Below are positions 26,649 to 36,411 of a DNA stretch of 64,000 nt, piece by piece. The position numbers were made by a program, and so were the translations under genes. Within the stretch, counting starts at the first letter, position 1. Every line of letters starts with the position of its first letter. Source of the DNA: an uncultured Alphaproteobacteria bacterium (GTDB lineage: Bacteria; Pseudomonadota; Alphaproteobacteria; RF32; CAG-239); contig CALXZH010000027.1 of assembly GCA_944393175.1 (NCBI GenBank), forward strand, positions 54,926-118,925, given 5' to 3'. Under the pieces are notes generated by a model. The model did no database searches. It saw nothing but the letters and a program-made list of their open reading frames with translations, and had not been told where the DNA came from.

Positions 26649-27971
26649 TTAGGCTGCCTGCCCAAGCAATCTTTTGAGGGCTTTTTCTCGTCCAATTAAG
26701 GGCAACAGAATCTTTAGTTCCGGTCCATTGTCTTGCGCAGTTAAAGCCTTGCGTAAGGGGTGGAAAAGTGCTTTCCCGCTTTTGCCTGACTTGGACTTAA
26801 CTTCCTCTACCCATTGGTTCCAGGTTTCGGAATTCCACGGCTCAGGCGGCAACAAATCAGCAGCCATAGAGGTAAGGTCTTTATCCTCAATTACCGGCGT
26901 TACAACCTTGTGACAAATCGAATCCCACAAGTTGACATCGGAGACGATTGACAAATTCGGGCGAACAGCATCCCAGAAAGTTTCGTCGCCTTCAATGCGA
27001 TTTTTTACTTGATTATAGCTCAGGCCATGAACCAATTTGGTATTGAGGTGTTTGAGTTCTTCCTCATCAAACTTAGGCTGAGCACGACCGATTTTGCCAA
27101 AGTCCAAAGTATCTGCCAAAGACTGCAAATCATAGTACGGTTCAATGGCTTCTGAGGTTCCCAACTTAGCCAAGAAAGAGCAAATTGACATTGCTTCAAT
27201 TCCTTCGGCGCGGAGTTCACTCACACCCATACTACCCAGACGTTTGGAGAGTTTGCCCTCCTTACCGGTCAGCAACGGCAAGTGCGCAAAAGTCGGAACT
27301 GTTCCGCCCAAGGCTTCAAACATTTGAACTTGTGATGCCGTGTTGGTAACGTGGTCTTCCCCACGAACAATGTGGGTAATGCCAAAATCAAAGTCATCAA
27401 TAACTGAGGGCAAGTGATACAAGAAACTTCCATCCTCACGAATGATAATCGGGTCGCTTAATTTTTCGGCTTCGTATTTGACTTCGCCTCTGACCATATC
27501 ATTCCACTTAATTTCTCCGGGGAGAAGTTTGAAACGATAGTGCGGACGACGTCCCTCGGCCTCAAAACGCGCAATATCTTCTTGCGTATAGCTCAATGCC
27601 TGACGGTCATAAATCGGCGGAAGTCCTTTGGACAGCGCACGTTTGCGTTTGAACTCGAGTTCTTCGGGAGTTTCATAACAAGCATAAATTCGTCCTTCGG
27701 CTTTGAGTTTTTGCGTGACTTCATTATAACGATCAAAACGGGCCGATTGTCTGGCTTCTTCCGTCCAGGTTAAACCTAACCAGGTGAGGTTATCACGAAT
27801 GACGTCTTCATATTCTTTTTTCGAACGGACTTTATCCGTATCATCAATACGGAGCATAAACTTGCCGCCGAGCTTTTTAGCCCAGAGCCAGTTAAACAAT
27901 GCCGTACGGGTGTTGCCGATGTGCATAAAGCCGGTCGGCGACGGTGCGAATCTTACTTTGATGTTACTCAT
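26649..27971 (-). CDS. gltX: Glutamate--tRNA ligase (short 440-aa form)
   Basis: VRFAPSPTGFMHIGNTRTALFNW (HIGH region) and KLSKRLG (KMSKS). Confidence 0.95.
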   Translation of the reverse strand: MSNIKVRFAPSPTGFMHIGNTRTALFNWLWAKKLGGKFMLRIDDTDKVRSKKEYEDVIRDNLTWLGLTWTEEARQSARFDRYNEVTQKLKAEGRIYACYETPEELEFKRKRALSKGLPPIYDRQALSYTQEDIARFEAEGRRPHYRFKLLPGEIKWNDMVRGEVKYEAEKLSDPIIIREDGSFLYHLPSVIDDFDFGITHIVRGEDHVTNTASQVQMFEALGGTVPTFAHLPLLTGKEGKLSKRLGSMGVSELRAEGIEAMSICSFLAKLGTSEAIEPYYDLQSLADTLDFGKIGRAQPKFDEEELKHLNTKLVHGLSYNQVKNRIEGDETFWDAVRPNLSIVSDVNLWDSICHKVVTPVIEDKDLTSMAADLLPPEPWNSETWNQWVEEVKSKSGKSGKALFHPLRKALTAQDNGPELKILLPLIGREKALKRLLGQAA

Positions 27972-28066
27972 TACCTTTATCCATAAATTATCAAAAAATT
28001 AAGTGGATAATAAACACTTCCTTTTTGAAATTCAAGCACAAACTACAGATTGGGCTTGTTTTATTC

Positions 28067-28762
28067 CTAATCTAACAGATTTAGCATTTCATCTATCAGA
28101 TTTTGGGTACCGCGCCTTATATCTTTAATGGATTTTGCCAACATATATGCCGGTGTGGTCACAACGCGGTTTTCCTCATCAACACAGACATCTAACGTGC
28201 CTTTAGGCTCAAAGACGGCGCCCATTTTAGCAATGCCGTCTCCTACGCCTTTGTCCGTTCCGATGGTGACTTTGACTTGGTGTTTGGCCAAAGCCTTGGC
28301 AATCACCACCGGTGCAATGCACATTGCGCCGATTACCAGGTGATTGTCATAAGCATCATGGATGGCTTTTTCCACCTCTTTATTGAGTTCGCAATCCGAG
28401 CCTTTGATGGCAAAGTTGCTCCAATTCATTGCGGCTCCGAATCCGCCGGGAAAAACAATGGCATCATAGTCTTTGGCATTAAACTCTTTTAGGTTTTTGA
28501 TGTTGCCTCTGGCAATACGGGCAGATTCTGCCAAAACATTGCGATTGTCATCGTCGCCGGCAATGGCCGTGGCCTGACCGGTATAGTGGTCGATGGTTTT
28601 GGCTTGCCAGGTATCGGGGGCAAAGCACTGATAATCGCAACCGGCTTCATCTATGGCTAACATGGTCATGGTGGCTTCATGGATTTCTGAGCCGTCAAAG
28701 ACTCCGCATCCTGACAAAACTATTGCAAATTTAGGATTTGTATCGTTCATTTCTTTCTCCAA
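28067..28762 (-). CDS. elbB: DJ-1/PfpI-superfamily protein, ElbB-like
   Basis: FAIVLSGCGVFDGSEIHEATMTMLAIDEAG...FPGGFGAA...GAMCIAP is typical of ElbB. Confidence 0.8.
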   Translation of the reverse strand: MEKEMNDTNPKFAIVLSGCGVFDGSEIHEATMTMLAIDEAGCDYQCFAPDTWQAKTIDHYTGQATAIAGDDDNRNVLAESARIARGNIKNLKEFNAKDYDAIVFPGGFGAAMNWSNFAIKGSDCELNKEVEKAIHDAYDNHLVIGAMCIAPVVIAKALAKHQVKVTIGTDKGVGDGIAKMGAVFEPKGTLDVCVDEENRVVTTPAYMLAKSIKDIRRGTQNLIDEMLNLLD

Positions 28763-28837
28763 AGTTTATTTTTATTGTAATAATATATAATAGTTTGTAT
28801 AAATAACAATCAAATATTAATTTCAGGACAAATATTC

Positions 28838-30100
28838 ATGATTTCAGAAATTTCTACTTTGCCAAACGGCATCCGCGTTATTACCTCCTCCAGACCCGAA
28901 ATCGAATCTGTTTCTTTGGGAATTTGGGTCAACACCGGTGCGGCTTATGAAAAACCACAACTCAACGGTATTTCTCACTTTTTGGAGCATATGGTTTTTA
29001 AGGGAACAAAAACCCGTAATGCGTTTGAAATTTCTGACCAATTTGAAGATGTCGGCGGTCAATCAAATGCCTATACCGCACGCGAGTTTACGGCTTTTTA
29101 TGCCAAAATGCTCAAAGCCGATACCGAACTGGCCATTGATATTTTAGCAGACCTTGTCACTAACCCGACTTTTCCGATTGAAGAATTGGTAAAGGAAAGA
29201 GAAGTCGTGGTGCAAGAAATTAAGCAAGGGATTGATACGCCTGATGACATTATTTTTGATTTTGTTCAAGAAAAAGCTTTTCCGAATCAGGCCTTGGGTC
29301 GCACAATTTTAGGACCGGCCGAAAAAGTTCGCTCTTTCGGACAAGAAGAATTACAGGGTTATTTGAAATCAAATTATTCCGGCGAAAATATGGTGGTTTG
29401 TGCGGTAGGTAACATTGAACACAAACAATTTGTGGAGATGGTTAAATCAAGACTGGGAGGTTTTCAGGCAAAAGCGCATTTTGACAAAGACGCTCAAAGC
29501 TATCACGGCGGATTTATGAGCGAAAAACGCGATATTGAACAAGCACATGTTGTTCTGGCTTTCAATGGGGTCAAATATGAGTGCGATACTTATTATCCTT
29601 GCCAAATTTTTTCTACCATTTTCGGCGGAGGGATGTCTTCTCGCTTGTTCCGCGAAATAAGAGAAAAGAGAGGCTTGGTTTATAGTGTTTATAGTTTCAG
29701 CAACTCGCATACTCAATCGGGATTATTCGGAATTTATGCCGGAACTACCAACAAAGAACTGCAAGAACTCATGCCGGTTATCGGTACCGAAATTAAAAAG
29801 ATATGCAATGATTTGGTCAGCCCGCAAGAACTTTCACGCGCCAAATCTCAACTCAAAGCCAGTATGCTTATGGCCTTAGAAAGCTCTTCTACAACGGCCG
29901 AAATTTTAGCTCGTCAGATGCTGCTCTATAACCGCATTATTCCGATTGAAGAAATGGTGGAGAGAATCGAAAAAGTTACCTTGCAAGACGTACAAGATAT
30001 GGCGCAACAAATTTTTGCCTCTCGCCCAACTTATTGTCTGGTCGGCGATATTAATAATCATCCTGATTACGAAAAAATCCAACATATGATTAAAGGATAA
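28838..30100 (+). CDS. M16-family zinc peptidase (mitochondrial-processing-peptidase-like)
   Basis: Inverted zinc motif HFLEHMVFKGT; 420 aa. Confidence 0.9.
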   Translation: MISEISTLPNGIRVITSSRPEIESVSLGIWVNTGAAYEKPQLNGISHFLEHMVFKGTKTRNAFEISDQFEDVGGQSNAYTAREFTAFYAKMLKADTELAIDILADLVTNPTFPIEELVKEREVVVQEIKQGIDTPDDIIFDFVQEKAFPNQALGRTILGPAEKVRSFGQEELQGYLKSNYSGENMVVCAVGNIEHKQFVEMVKSRLGGFQAKAHFDKDAQSYHGGFMSEKRDIEQAHVVLAFNGVKYECDTYYPCQIFSTIFGGGMSSRLFREIREKRGLVYSVYSFSNSHTQSGLFGIYAGTTNKELQELMPVIGTEIKKICNDLVSPQELSRAKSQLKASMLMALESSSTTAEILARQMLLYNRIIPIEEMVERIEKVTLQDVQDMAQQIFASRPTYCLVGDINNHPDYEKIQHMIKG

Positions 30101-30103
30101 AAC

Positions 30104-31021
30104 ATGGAAATTTATTTAGCCGAACCCAGAGGATTTTGTGCCGGTGTGAGACGGGCGATTGCCATTGTGGAAAACGCTCTTGCTCAACACGGGGCGCCGA
30201 TTTATGTCAGACACGAGATTGTACATAACAAACACGTCCTTGAAAATTTACGGCAAAAAGGCGTGGTATTTATTGAAGATATTAGAGACGCCGACCCAAA
30301 ACGTCCGCTTATTTTTTCGGCTCACGGCGTTAGTCAGAAAGTTAAAGACAAAGCTCAAGCTTTGGGGCTGTTTACCATAGATGCCACCTGCCCTTTGGTG
30401 GAAAAAGTGCATCGTCAGGTTAAGCAATTTTTTGAACAAAATTTTGAAATTATTGTTATTGGCAAAAAAGAACATCCCGAAATTATAGGCACCGTCGGAC
30501 AAGTCGGAGAAAACGCCAAACTGCACGTTATTTATTCCTTGGATGAAGCGAAAAGTCTTGAAATTGAAGATACCGAGCATGTTGGCTTTGTGACGCAAAC
30601 GACGCTTTCAACCGATGATACATTTGAGATTATTCATTGTCTGAAAGAGAGATTTCCAAAAATACTAGGTTTACCAAAGGCTGATATTTGTTATGCAACA
30701 ACTAACCGTCAAACAGCAATTAAAGAACTGGCAAAGCATACGCAAAATATCATTATTTTGGGTTCTAAAAACTCATCAAACTCCAGACATTTGCAAGAAA
30801 CAGCTTTGAAAGCCGGAGCGCAAAACGCTTGGCTGGTTGATGATTATTCGGAGTTGGATTGGAAGTGCATTGACACACTTGCTTCGCTTGGAATTAGTGC
30901 CGGAGCATCGGCTCCCGAATATTTAGTCGAAGATTTGCTTAAAGAATTAGAAAAACGTTATCACAATATTAACAAAAATTATGTTACTGTGGTGAAAGAA
31001 AATATTAATTTCAAACTTTAA
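30104..31021 (+). CDS. ispH: 4-hydroxy-3-methylbut-2-enyl diphosphate reductase
   Basis: MEIYLAEPRGFCAGVRRAI, SAHGVS and TCPLVEKVH motifs. Confidence 0.95.
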   Translation: MEIYLAEPRGFCAGVRRAIAIVENALAQHGAPIYVRHEIVHNKHVLENLRQKGVVFIEDIRDADPKRPLIFSAHGVSQKVKDKAQALGLFTIDATCPLVEKVHRQVKQFFEQNFEIIVIGKKEHPEIIGTVGQVGENAKLHVIYSLDEAKSLEIEDTEHVGFVTQTTLSTDDTFEIIHCLKERFPKILGLPKADICYATTNRQTAIKELAKHTQNIIILGSKNSSNSRHLQETALKAGAQNAWLVDDYSELDWKCIDTLASLGISAGASAPEYLVEDLLKELEKRYHNINKNYVTVVKENINFKL

Positions 31022-31045
31022 TTTGTGACGATAAGGAGTTTATTT

Positions 31046-32116
31046 ATGTCTCGCGCCGAAGATATTTTTCAAAAGCTGATTTATTTCGGCGAAGATGCCA
31101 TTGATGAATATATCCAAAATATGCAAACCGAAGAGTTGTTCTTGGACTTTAAGCAAGCTATATCAGTGGGAAAAAACGGAACAACGCTCCATAAAGACGA
31201 TCGCAAAAATTTGGCAAAGTGTATTTCCGGCTTCGGAAACTCCGAAGGCGGTGTGATTATTTGGGGCGTGGAGTGCTCCAGAGATATGGATATTGGCGAT
31301 GTGGCCAAAGCAAAAGTTAAGGTGCAGAACGTACATCGGTTTTTGAGCTGGCTGGAAAATGCCATTTCCGGCTGCACAATTCCCAGTCATAACAAAGTGC
31401 GCAATCATATTATCAGTGTGGATGCTAACGGTAATGGGTTTATTGCAACTTATATCCCAAAATGCGAAATTGCCCCTTTAATGTCTACAGTGGGCAATAA
31501 CTTTTATATTCGTTCAGGCTCAAATAATGTGCCGGCACCTTATTCGGTTATTGCAGGAATGTTTGGAAGACGTCCTCAGCCAAATATTGAACTCTTAATT
31601 CGCGATAAAAGATTAGAAGTTTTAGATAATGTGGATGAGGATGTTCTCTATCCTCAAAGTGTTGATAATCCACCGGAAAAATATGTGAAAATCAGCTTTA
31701 CCATTCGCGGACAAAATGACAGCAACGTGATTGCAAGAGAATTATATCTCTCTTGCGCGGCAACTGAAGTTGGCGGTGAATATAATAAGGTTCGTTTTTT
31801 GAACTATAATCAGATGGATTCAATTCAAGGAATAGAAGGTCAGCTTAATATCATCACTCGTCCCGAGCTGCGTTTGCCACCGCGGGGAATTATTCGCTTT
31901 ACCAATGTAGATATTATCCTCTCTCCTTATATTGATGAAGATTTTCTTTTTGACGGTGTTATCGGTGCTGACCATGCTGCCCCTAAAAATTTTAGGCTCT
32001 ATATTCCCAAAAACAGGCTGCGCTCCTTTGTGGCCAAAGCACTCAAAGAAGATGAAGAAGATACGAATCTGTTGGCGCATGAGTTTTTCAGAGAATTTAT
32101 GATTGGGGAAGAATAA
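31046..32116 (+). CDS. AlbA_2 (Schlafen-type 'divergent AAA') domain protein with an uncharacterised ~180-aa C-terminal domain
   Basis: EELFLDFKQ...[22 protein letters not shown]...[12 protein letters not shown] fits the AlbA_2 pattern (E..lEFK ... AfaNt.GG.l.iGV ... yiR.gs.t..a). ATG at 31046 follows an AAGGAG SD. The track's GTG at 31025 is less likely. Confidence 0.6.
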   Translation: MSRAEDIFQKLIYFGEDAIDEYIQNMQTEELFLDFKQAISVGKNGTTLHKDDRKNLAKCISGFGNSEGGVIIWGVECSRDMDIGDVAKAKVKVQNVHRFLSWLENAISGCTIPSHNKVRNHIISVDANGNGFIATYIPKCEIAPLMSTVGNNFYIRSGSNNVPAPYSVIAGMFGRRPQPNIELLIRDKRLEVLDNVDEDVLYPQSVDNPPEKYVKISFTIRGQNDSNVIARELYLSCAATEVGGEYNKVRFLNYNQMDSIQGIEGQLNIITRPELRLPPRGIIRFTNVDIILSPYIDEDFLFDGVIGADHAAPKNFRLYIPKNRLRSFVAKALKEDEEDTNLLAHEFFREFMIGEE

Positions 32117-32118
32117 CC

Positions 32119-32568
32119 ATGGCACGAGTAGAAATTTTTACCGACGGGGCCTGTTCGGGCAACCCCGGACCCGGTGGTTGGGGTGTGATTTTGCGCTGCA
32201 AAGATGTTGAAAAAGAACTCAGCGGCGGGGATGCGCAAACGACCAATAATCGGATGGAACTCACTGCCGTGATTGAAGCTCTCAAAGCGCTTAAAACGCA
32301 ATGTGTCATCACTCTTTATACCGACAGCAAATATGTGATGGACGGGGTGAATAAATGGCTCCCAAACTGGAAACAAAATAACTGGAAAACCGCAAACAAA
32401 AAATCAGCCGTAAAAAACATTGAACTCTGGCAAGAGCTGGATAAATTAGTTTCTCAACATGAGATTATTTGGGTTTGGGTAAAAGGACATGCCGGTCATC
32501 CCGAAAACGAAAGAGTTGACAAACTCGCCCGTGACGAATCTTTAAAATTCAGACAATCAGACAGCTAA
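32119..32568 (+). CDS. rnhA: Ribonuclease HI
   Basis: [25 protein letters not shown] and [15 protein letters not shown]. Confidence 0.95.
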   Translation: MARVEIFTDGACSGNPGPGGWGVILRCKDVEKELSGGDAQTTNNRMELTAVIEALKALKTQCVITLYTDSKYVMDGVNKWLPNWKQNNWKTANKKSAVKNIELWQELDKLVSQHEIIWVWVKGHAGHPENERVDKLARDESLKFRQSDS

Positions 32569-35295
32569 TTATTCGGCGACATTACGCAAAATGTCGCTAA
32601 ATTCTCGTTCGGTCATTATCTCGGGTAAAACCATTCCTTCCGGAATATTGGGACTGAATATAATTGAAAAAGGAATACCGACCCGCCCGAATCTTTCCAT
32701 AAATTGCAATATTTCCGTGCTATAATTCGTCCAGTCGACATTTATAACCTTGATGTTGTATTGATTTATCAATTTTTTGACCGAGATATTTCCAAATACC
32801 AGATAGTCATTATAGGTACAGGTCAAACACCAACTGGCTCCGACATTGACCAAAACTATTCTTCCTTGTTTTACGGCTGCGGCTATTTCCGATAAATTTA
32901 ATTGTTTGGTCGTGGTTTGCGCTGTTTCTTGCCGCGAGGCGGTAAAACTTGATTTTATATCCCATGAAGCGCCGATAAACAACAAAACCGATACAAACCA
33001 AAAGGCATAACGCACCATTCTTTGCGCACTCTTTTTGATGTCTTCTTGTGTGTCTTGTGTTTCTATATCATTAATCGTGTGTTGGCGCAACCATATGAGA
33101 CCAAAGAATAGGCTTAAGTATATGACAACTCTGAAAACTGTCCAGGCATCAGTCTGCGACCATAAAATGCTCAACAACCAAATTATGGTTAGGATAAGCA
33201 AAAAGTTCATCCAATGTTCGAGCTTTTCCATCCATGGTCCCGGTTTGGGAACAAATACGGAAATATCAGGCATAAAAATAAATAACAAATACGGTAAAGA
33301 TATTCCTATTGCCACAGCCGATAGAACCGCAAATATATCTACCGGACTGCCGGCAAGAGCAAAGCCTATCGTTGTGCCTAAATACGGTGCCGTACAAGGT
33401 GTTGCCATCAAGACAACCAAAAATCCCGTAAAAATATGGCGCAGGGCTGACTTATCTCCCAGTCTTTGTGAAAAGGTCAGCAGTTTGCTCGATATATTGA
33501 TTGAATAGAGACCTTTTATTTGGGCAATAAACAGCGTGATGATAAACAAAATAAACATTATAAACAACGGATTTTGGAATTGCATTCCCCAACCTACGGC
33601 ATAGCCCAAGGATTTAATGATTGAAAGCAGTAACGCTAACATTAAAAATGTTAAATAGATGCCAACGACCGTTAAGGCAAAACTTCTTTTGAGCGTTTTG
33701 GCGTTTTGGGCGCCAAACTCCGTTACCGATAAAAGCTTAAGCGACAAAACCGGAAAAACACATGGCATAAAGTTTAGGATAAATCCGCCCAGCATTGCCA
33801 TAAACAAAATACCTAAAGTTAATCTTTCACTCATAAAGTCAAAAATTGATGCTGCTGATACCTCTACCCTCGTGCGTAGTGCGTTATATGCATCTTTGGT
33901 TAAGATAACTTCTATTTCTCTGTCGGCAAGATTGGTATTGTCTCCAGAAACATCAAAAAGAGCCGTCATTTTATCGCCATCTACGGCTATACGCGGACGC
34001 GAAAAAATAGTCTGAGCTCCGGCATTGACAAAGATGTCAGGTTTTCCGATTATGCCGGAATTTAGTATACTCAGCCTTAAAGTTTTGTTTTCTGCATCAT
34101 AAATAGCTTTGGTAATTTCGACGTCATCCAATGAGGTAGACGGCAAATAATTAAAGTTTTGTGTTATATAATTACTGACACTGGAGCTAAAACCAATTCC
34201 TGCTTCTAAATCGAGCTGCGGAGTGAGGCTTACTTGGCGACAAGGCGCTTGTTTTGAGCAAACTGAAAAATCTATTTTAGCATTCAGTTTTACGGGCTGT
34301 TTCGGGTCGGTTATCGTTACGACAAAGGGAATAGCTAAATTATCTTGATAGACAATTTGGTCCTTGCCTTCATAAATATCCGATCTCATCGGAATCGGCA
34401 TATAAATATCACTGTTGCTCAGATTTTGTGATACGCTGAAGTCAATTTTCGGTTTAGCGGCATATTTATTGTTAAATGCGGGAATCACATAACCTTCGGG
34501 AATTTTTACCCTTAATATGCCTCGCATTTGTTCTTGGTTGTTGGTCGCTGTTTTTTCAGATAAAAGCGTAGCTTTCAATTCTTTATTGTGTTCACCTACC
34601 GCCCAGCGGCCTATTCCTTTATTGCCGATTATCGGATAATCATAAACCAGACCGTAAAAAGGTAATTTTTTCCAGTTTAATTTGGATAGCACCATACTCA
34701 ATTGCTCAAAGCCATCAGGATTTTCTTTTTGGACTTGCTCTTGGCGCTTTCGTTCATATCTGGCTTTGTAAGCCTCATAATCCCTCCTATCGGGTCCGTA
34801 AGACAAAACTTTCTTTATATCCGTAATTACTAATGCTTTATCTGCTCCTACATCGACATACGGTTCGGGCGTATAAATATCATAATCCTCTTCAGCTACA
34901 ACCAGAGGCGGTGCTTCCGGCGTCAGTAATTTGCTTTTTACTTTTTCATAAATTCCTTTGGCATAGCGGTATATTTTTACACCGTCTCGGATTAATTCTT
35001 CTCTATCATAGACCTCTTGATTACTTAAATACGGAAAAAACTCTCTGACATCTTCCGATAAATCTCCGTTAATAAAGTCGCCGGGATAGTTCTTTTCAAA
35101 GTAACGGCCAACTTCCAATATGGTTCCGACTTGATCCGATAAGGTTATTTTTTGTTCATCTTCTTCTCCGGGAGCCAAATCAAGCACAACATTGTTGGGC
35201 AAAACTTCAGGTGTGTTTTTGCTAACACTCTCCTTAGCCAAAGATATTTGGCTGAGCATACTCAAAAAAACAACTATGACTAAAAATTTTTTCAT
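32569..35295 (-). CDS. DsbD/ScsB-family thiol:disulfide reductase (large periplasmic N-domain, CcdA-type TM core, C-terminal thioredoxin)
   Basis: FMPCVFPVLSLK and ATPCTAPYLG TM cysteine motifs, plus GASWCLTCTYN (CxxC). Confidence 0.85.
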   Translation of the reverse strand: MKKFLVIVVFLSMLSQISLAKESVSKNTPEVLPNNVVLDLAPGEEDEQKITLSDQVGTILEVGRYFEKNYPGDFINGDLSEDVREFFPYLSNQEVYDREELIRDGVKIYRYAKGIYEKVKSKLLTPEAPPLVVAEEDYDIYTPEPYVDVGADKALVITDIKKVLSYGPDRRDYEAYKARYERKRQEQVQKENPDGFEQLSMVLSKLNWKKLPFYGLVYDYPIIGNKGIGRWAVGEHNKELKATLLSEKTATNNQEQMRGILRVKIPEGYVIPAFNNKYAAKPKIDFSVSQNLSNSDIYMPIPMRSDIYEGKDQIVYQDNLAIPFVVTITDPKQPVKLNAKIDFSVCSKQAPCRQVSLTPQLDLEAGIGFSSSVSNYITQNFNYLPSTSLDDVEITKAIYDAENKTLRLSILNSGIIGKPDIFVNAGAQTIFSRPRIAVDGDKMTALFDVSGDNTNLADREIEVILTKDAYNALRTRVEVSAASIFDFMSERLTLGILFMAMLGGFILNFMPCVFPVLSLKLLSVTEFGAQNAKTLKRSFALTVVGIYLTFLMLALLLSIIKSLGYAVGWGMQFQNPLFIMFILFIITLFIAQIKGLYSINISSKLLTFSQRLGDKSALRHIFTGFLVVLMATPCTAPYLGTTIGFALAGSPVDIFAVLSAVAIGISLPYLLFIFMPDISVFVPKPGPWMEKLEHWMNFLLILTIIWLLSILWSQTDAWTVFRVVIYLSLFFGLIWLRQHTINDIETQDTQEDIKKSAQRMVRYAFWFVSVLLFIGASWDIKSSFTASRQETAQTTTKQLNLSEIAAAVKQGRIVLVNVGASWCLTCTYNDYLVFGNISVKKLINQYNIKVINVDWTNYSTEILQFMERFGRVGIPFSIIFSPNIPEGMVLPEIMTEREFSDILRNVAE

Positions 35296-35386
35296 TTATT
35301 TTAAATTTTCCTCAAATTGTATTTCTAAATTACTTTATTATGTGATAAGATACAAGTGTTGAGTAAATTAATTAGGGTATAAAATT

Positions 35387-35956
35387 ATGACGACTTTCAG
35401 AGATAATTATTTGACAGGCAAGTGTCTGGTTGCCATGCCCAATATGCAAGATGAACGTTTTGCTAACACCTTGATTTATATTTGCTCTCATTCTAAAGAT
35501 GGAGCCATGGGGTTTGTGGTAAATAAAAAAATTAAAGAATTTTCTTTTGCCGACCTTGCCAACCAACTGCCTATCAACACAGTCAGACCAATTGAACAAA
35601 TTGATTTGCATCAGGGCGGCCCTTTGGAAAAAGTAAGAGGCTTTGTTTTACATTCTACGGATTATGTCAAAGAAGATACCATCGTGATTAACGATACAAT
35701 GGCTATTTCGTCTTCAATTGACATTATTACAGACATTGCTTTCGGGACGGGACCAAAAGATAATTTGGTGGCTTTGGGATATGCCAGCTGGGGACCTCAG
35801 CAACTTGAAACTGAAATTATTAATAACACTTGGTTGGTGGCTAATACAACACCGGAACTGGTCTTTCGTACAAAAGATGAAGAAAAATGGCAAAAAGCAA
35901 TTGATTCTTTAGGAATCGATTTAGACAGACTGTCTTATCTTTCGGGTAATGCTTAG
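35387..35956 (+). CDS. yqgE: YqgE/AlgH-family protein (UPF0301)
   Basis: GKCLVAMPNMQDERFANTLIYICSHSKDGAMGFVVNK. Confidence 0.85.
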   Translation: MTTFRDNYLTGKCLVAMPNMQDERFANTLIYICSHSKDGAMGFVVNKKIKEFSFADLANQLPINTVRPIEQIDLHQGGPLEKVRGFVLHSTDYVKEDTIVINDTMAISSSIDIITDIAFGTGPKDNLVALGYASWGPQQLETEIINNTWLVANTTPELVFRTKDEEKWQKAIDSLGIDLDRLSYLSGNA

Positions 35957-36018
35957 AAGTATTTAAACAACAAAAAGAGCTTGCTTTAACATGGCAAGCC
36001 CTCTTTTTGTAGCTTAAG

Positions 36019-36303
36019 TTACTGCTCTTGTAATTGTTGATGCATAATTTGACACATGTCCGCAAAAGATTGCATTTCTTCTATGGCAGAATCGGGAATA
36101 TGAATTCGGAATTCTTTTTCTACATCCATCACAATTTCAACGACATCTAACGAATCTAAAAACAAATCATTGCGCAGGTGTGAAGTCAGTGTGATTTCCT
36201 CTGCTTCAAAGTAATTTTTGCTGATAATGATTGATTTGATTTTTTCTATATCCTTGTCTTGTAACAAAGGAGCATCACTGGCCAGGAATAACTTATTTTC
36301 CAT
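36019..36303 (-). CDS. Acyl carrier protein, stand-alone
   Basis: LFLDSLDVVEIVMDVEKEFRIHIPD carries the DSL phosphopantetheine-site motif. I prefer the ATG at 36303 (MENKLFL...). Confidence 0.7.
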   Translation of the reverse strand: MENKLFLASDAPLLQDKDIEKIKSIIISKNYFEAEEITLTSHLRNDLFLDSLDVVEIVMDVEKEFRIHIPDSAIEEMQSFADMCQIMHQQLQEQ

Positions 36304-36411
36304 AATGCTTAAAAATTTAAAGTTAATAATAGTTATTATGAATTTATCAATAAAAGATTTTCTGACATTTGTCAAATTAAAAGCCTCTGAAGTGTCAGAG
36401 GCTTTTTATCT

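Noticed and set aside
31999-32376. 125-aa and 71-aa minus-strand ORFs
   Set aside because: They are antisense to the end of the AlbA_2 gene and to rnhA, and the RNase H motifs on the plus strand are unambiguous.
33035-34015. 157-aa and 118-aa plus-strand ORFs
   Set aside because: They are antisense to the DsbD/ScsB-like gene, whose TM and CxxC motifs are clear.
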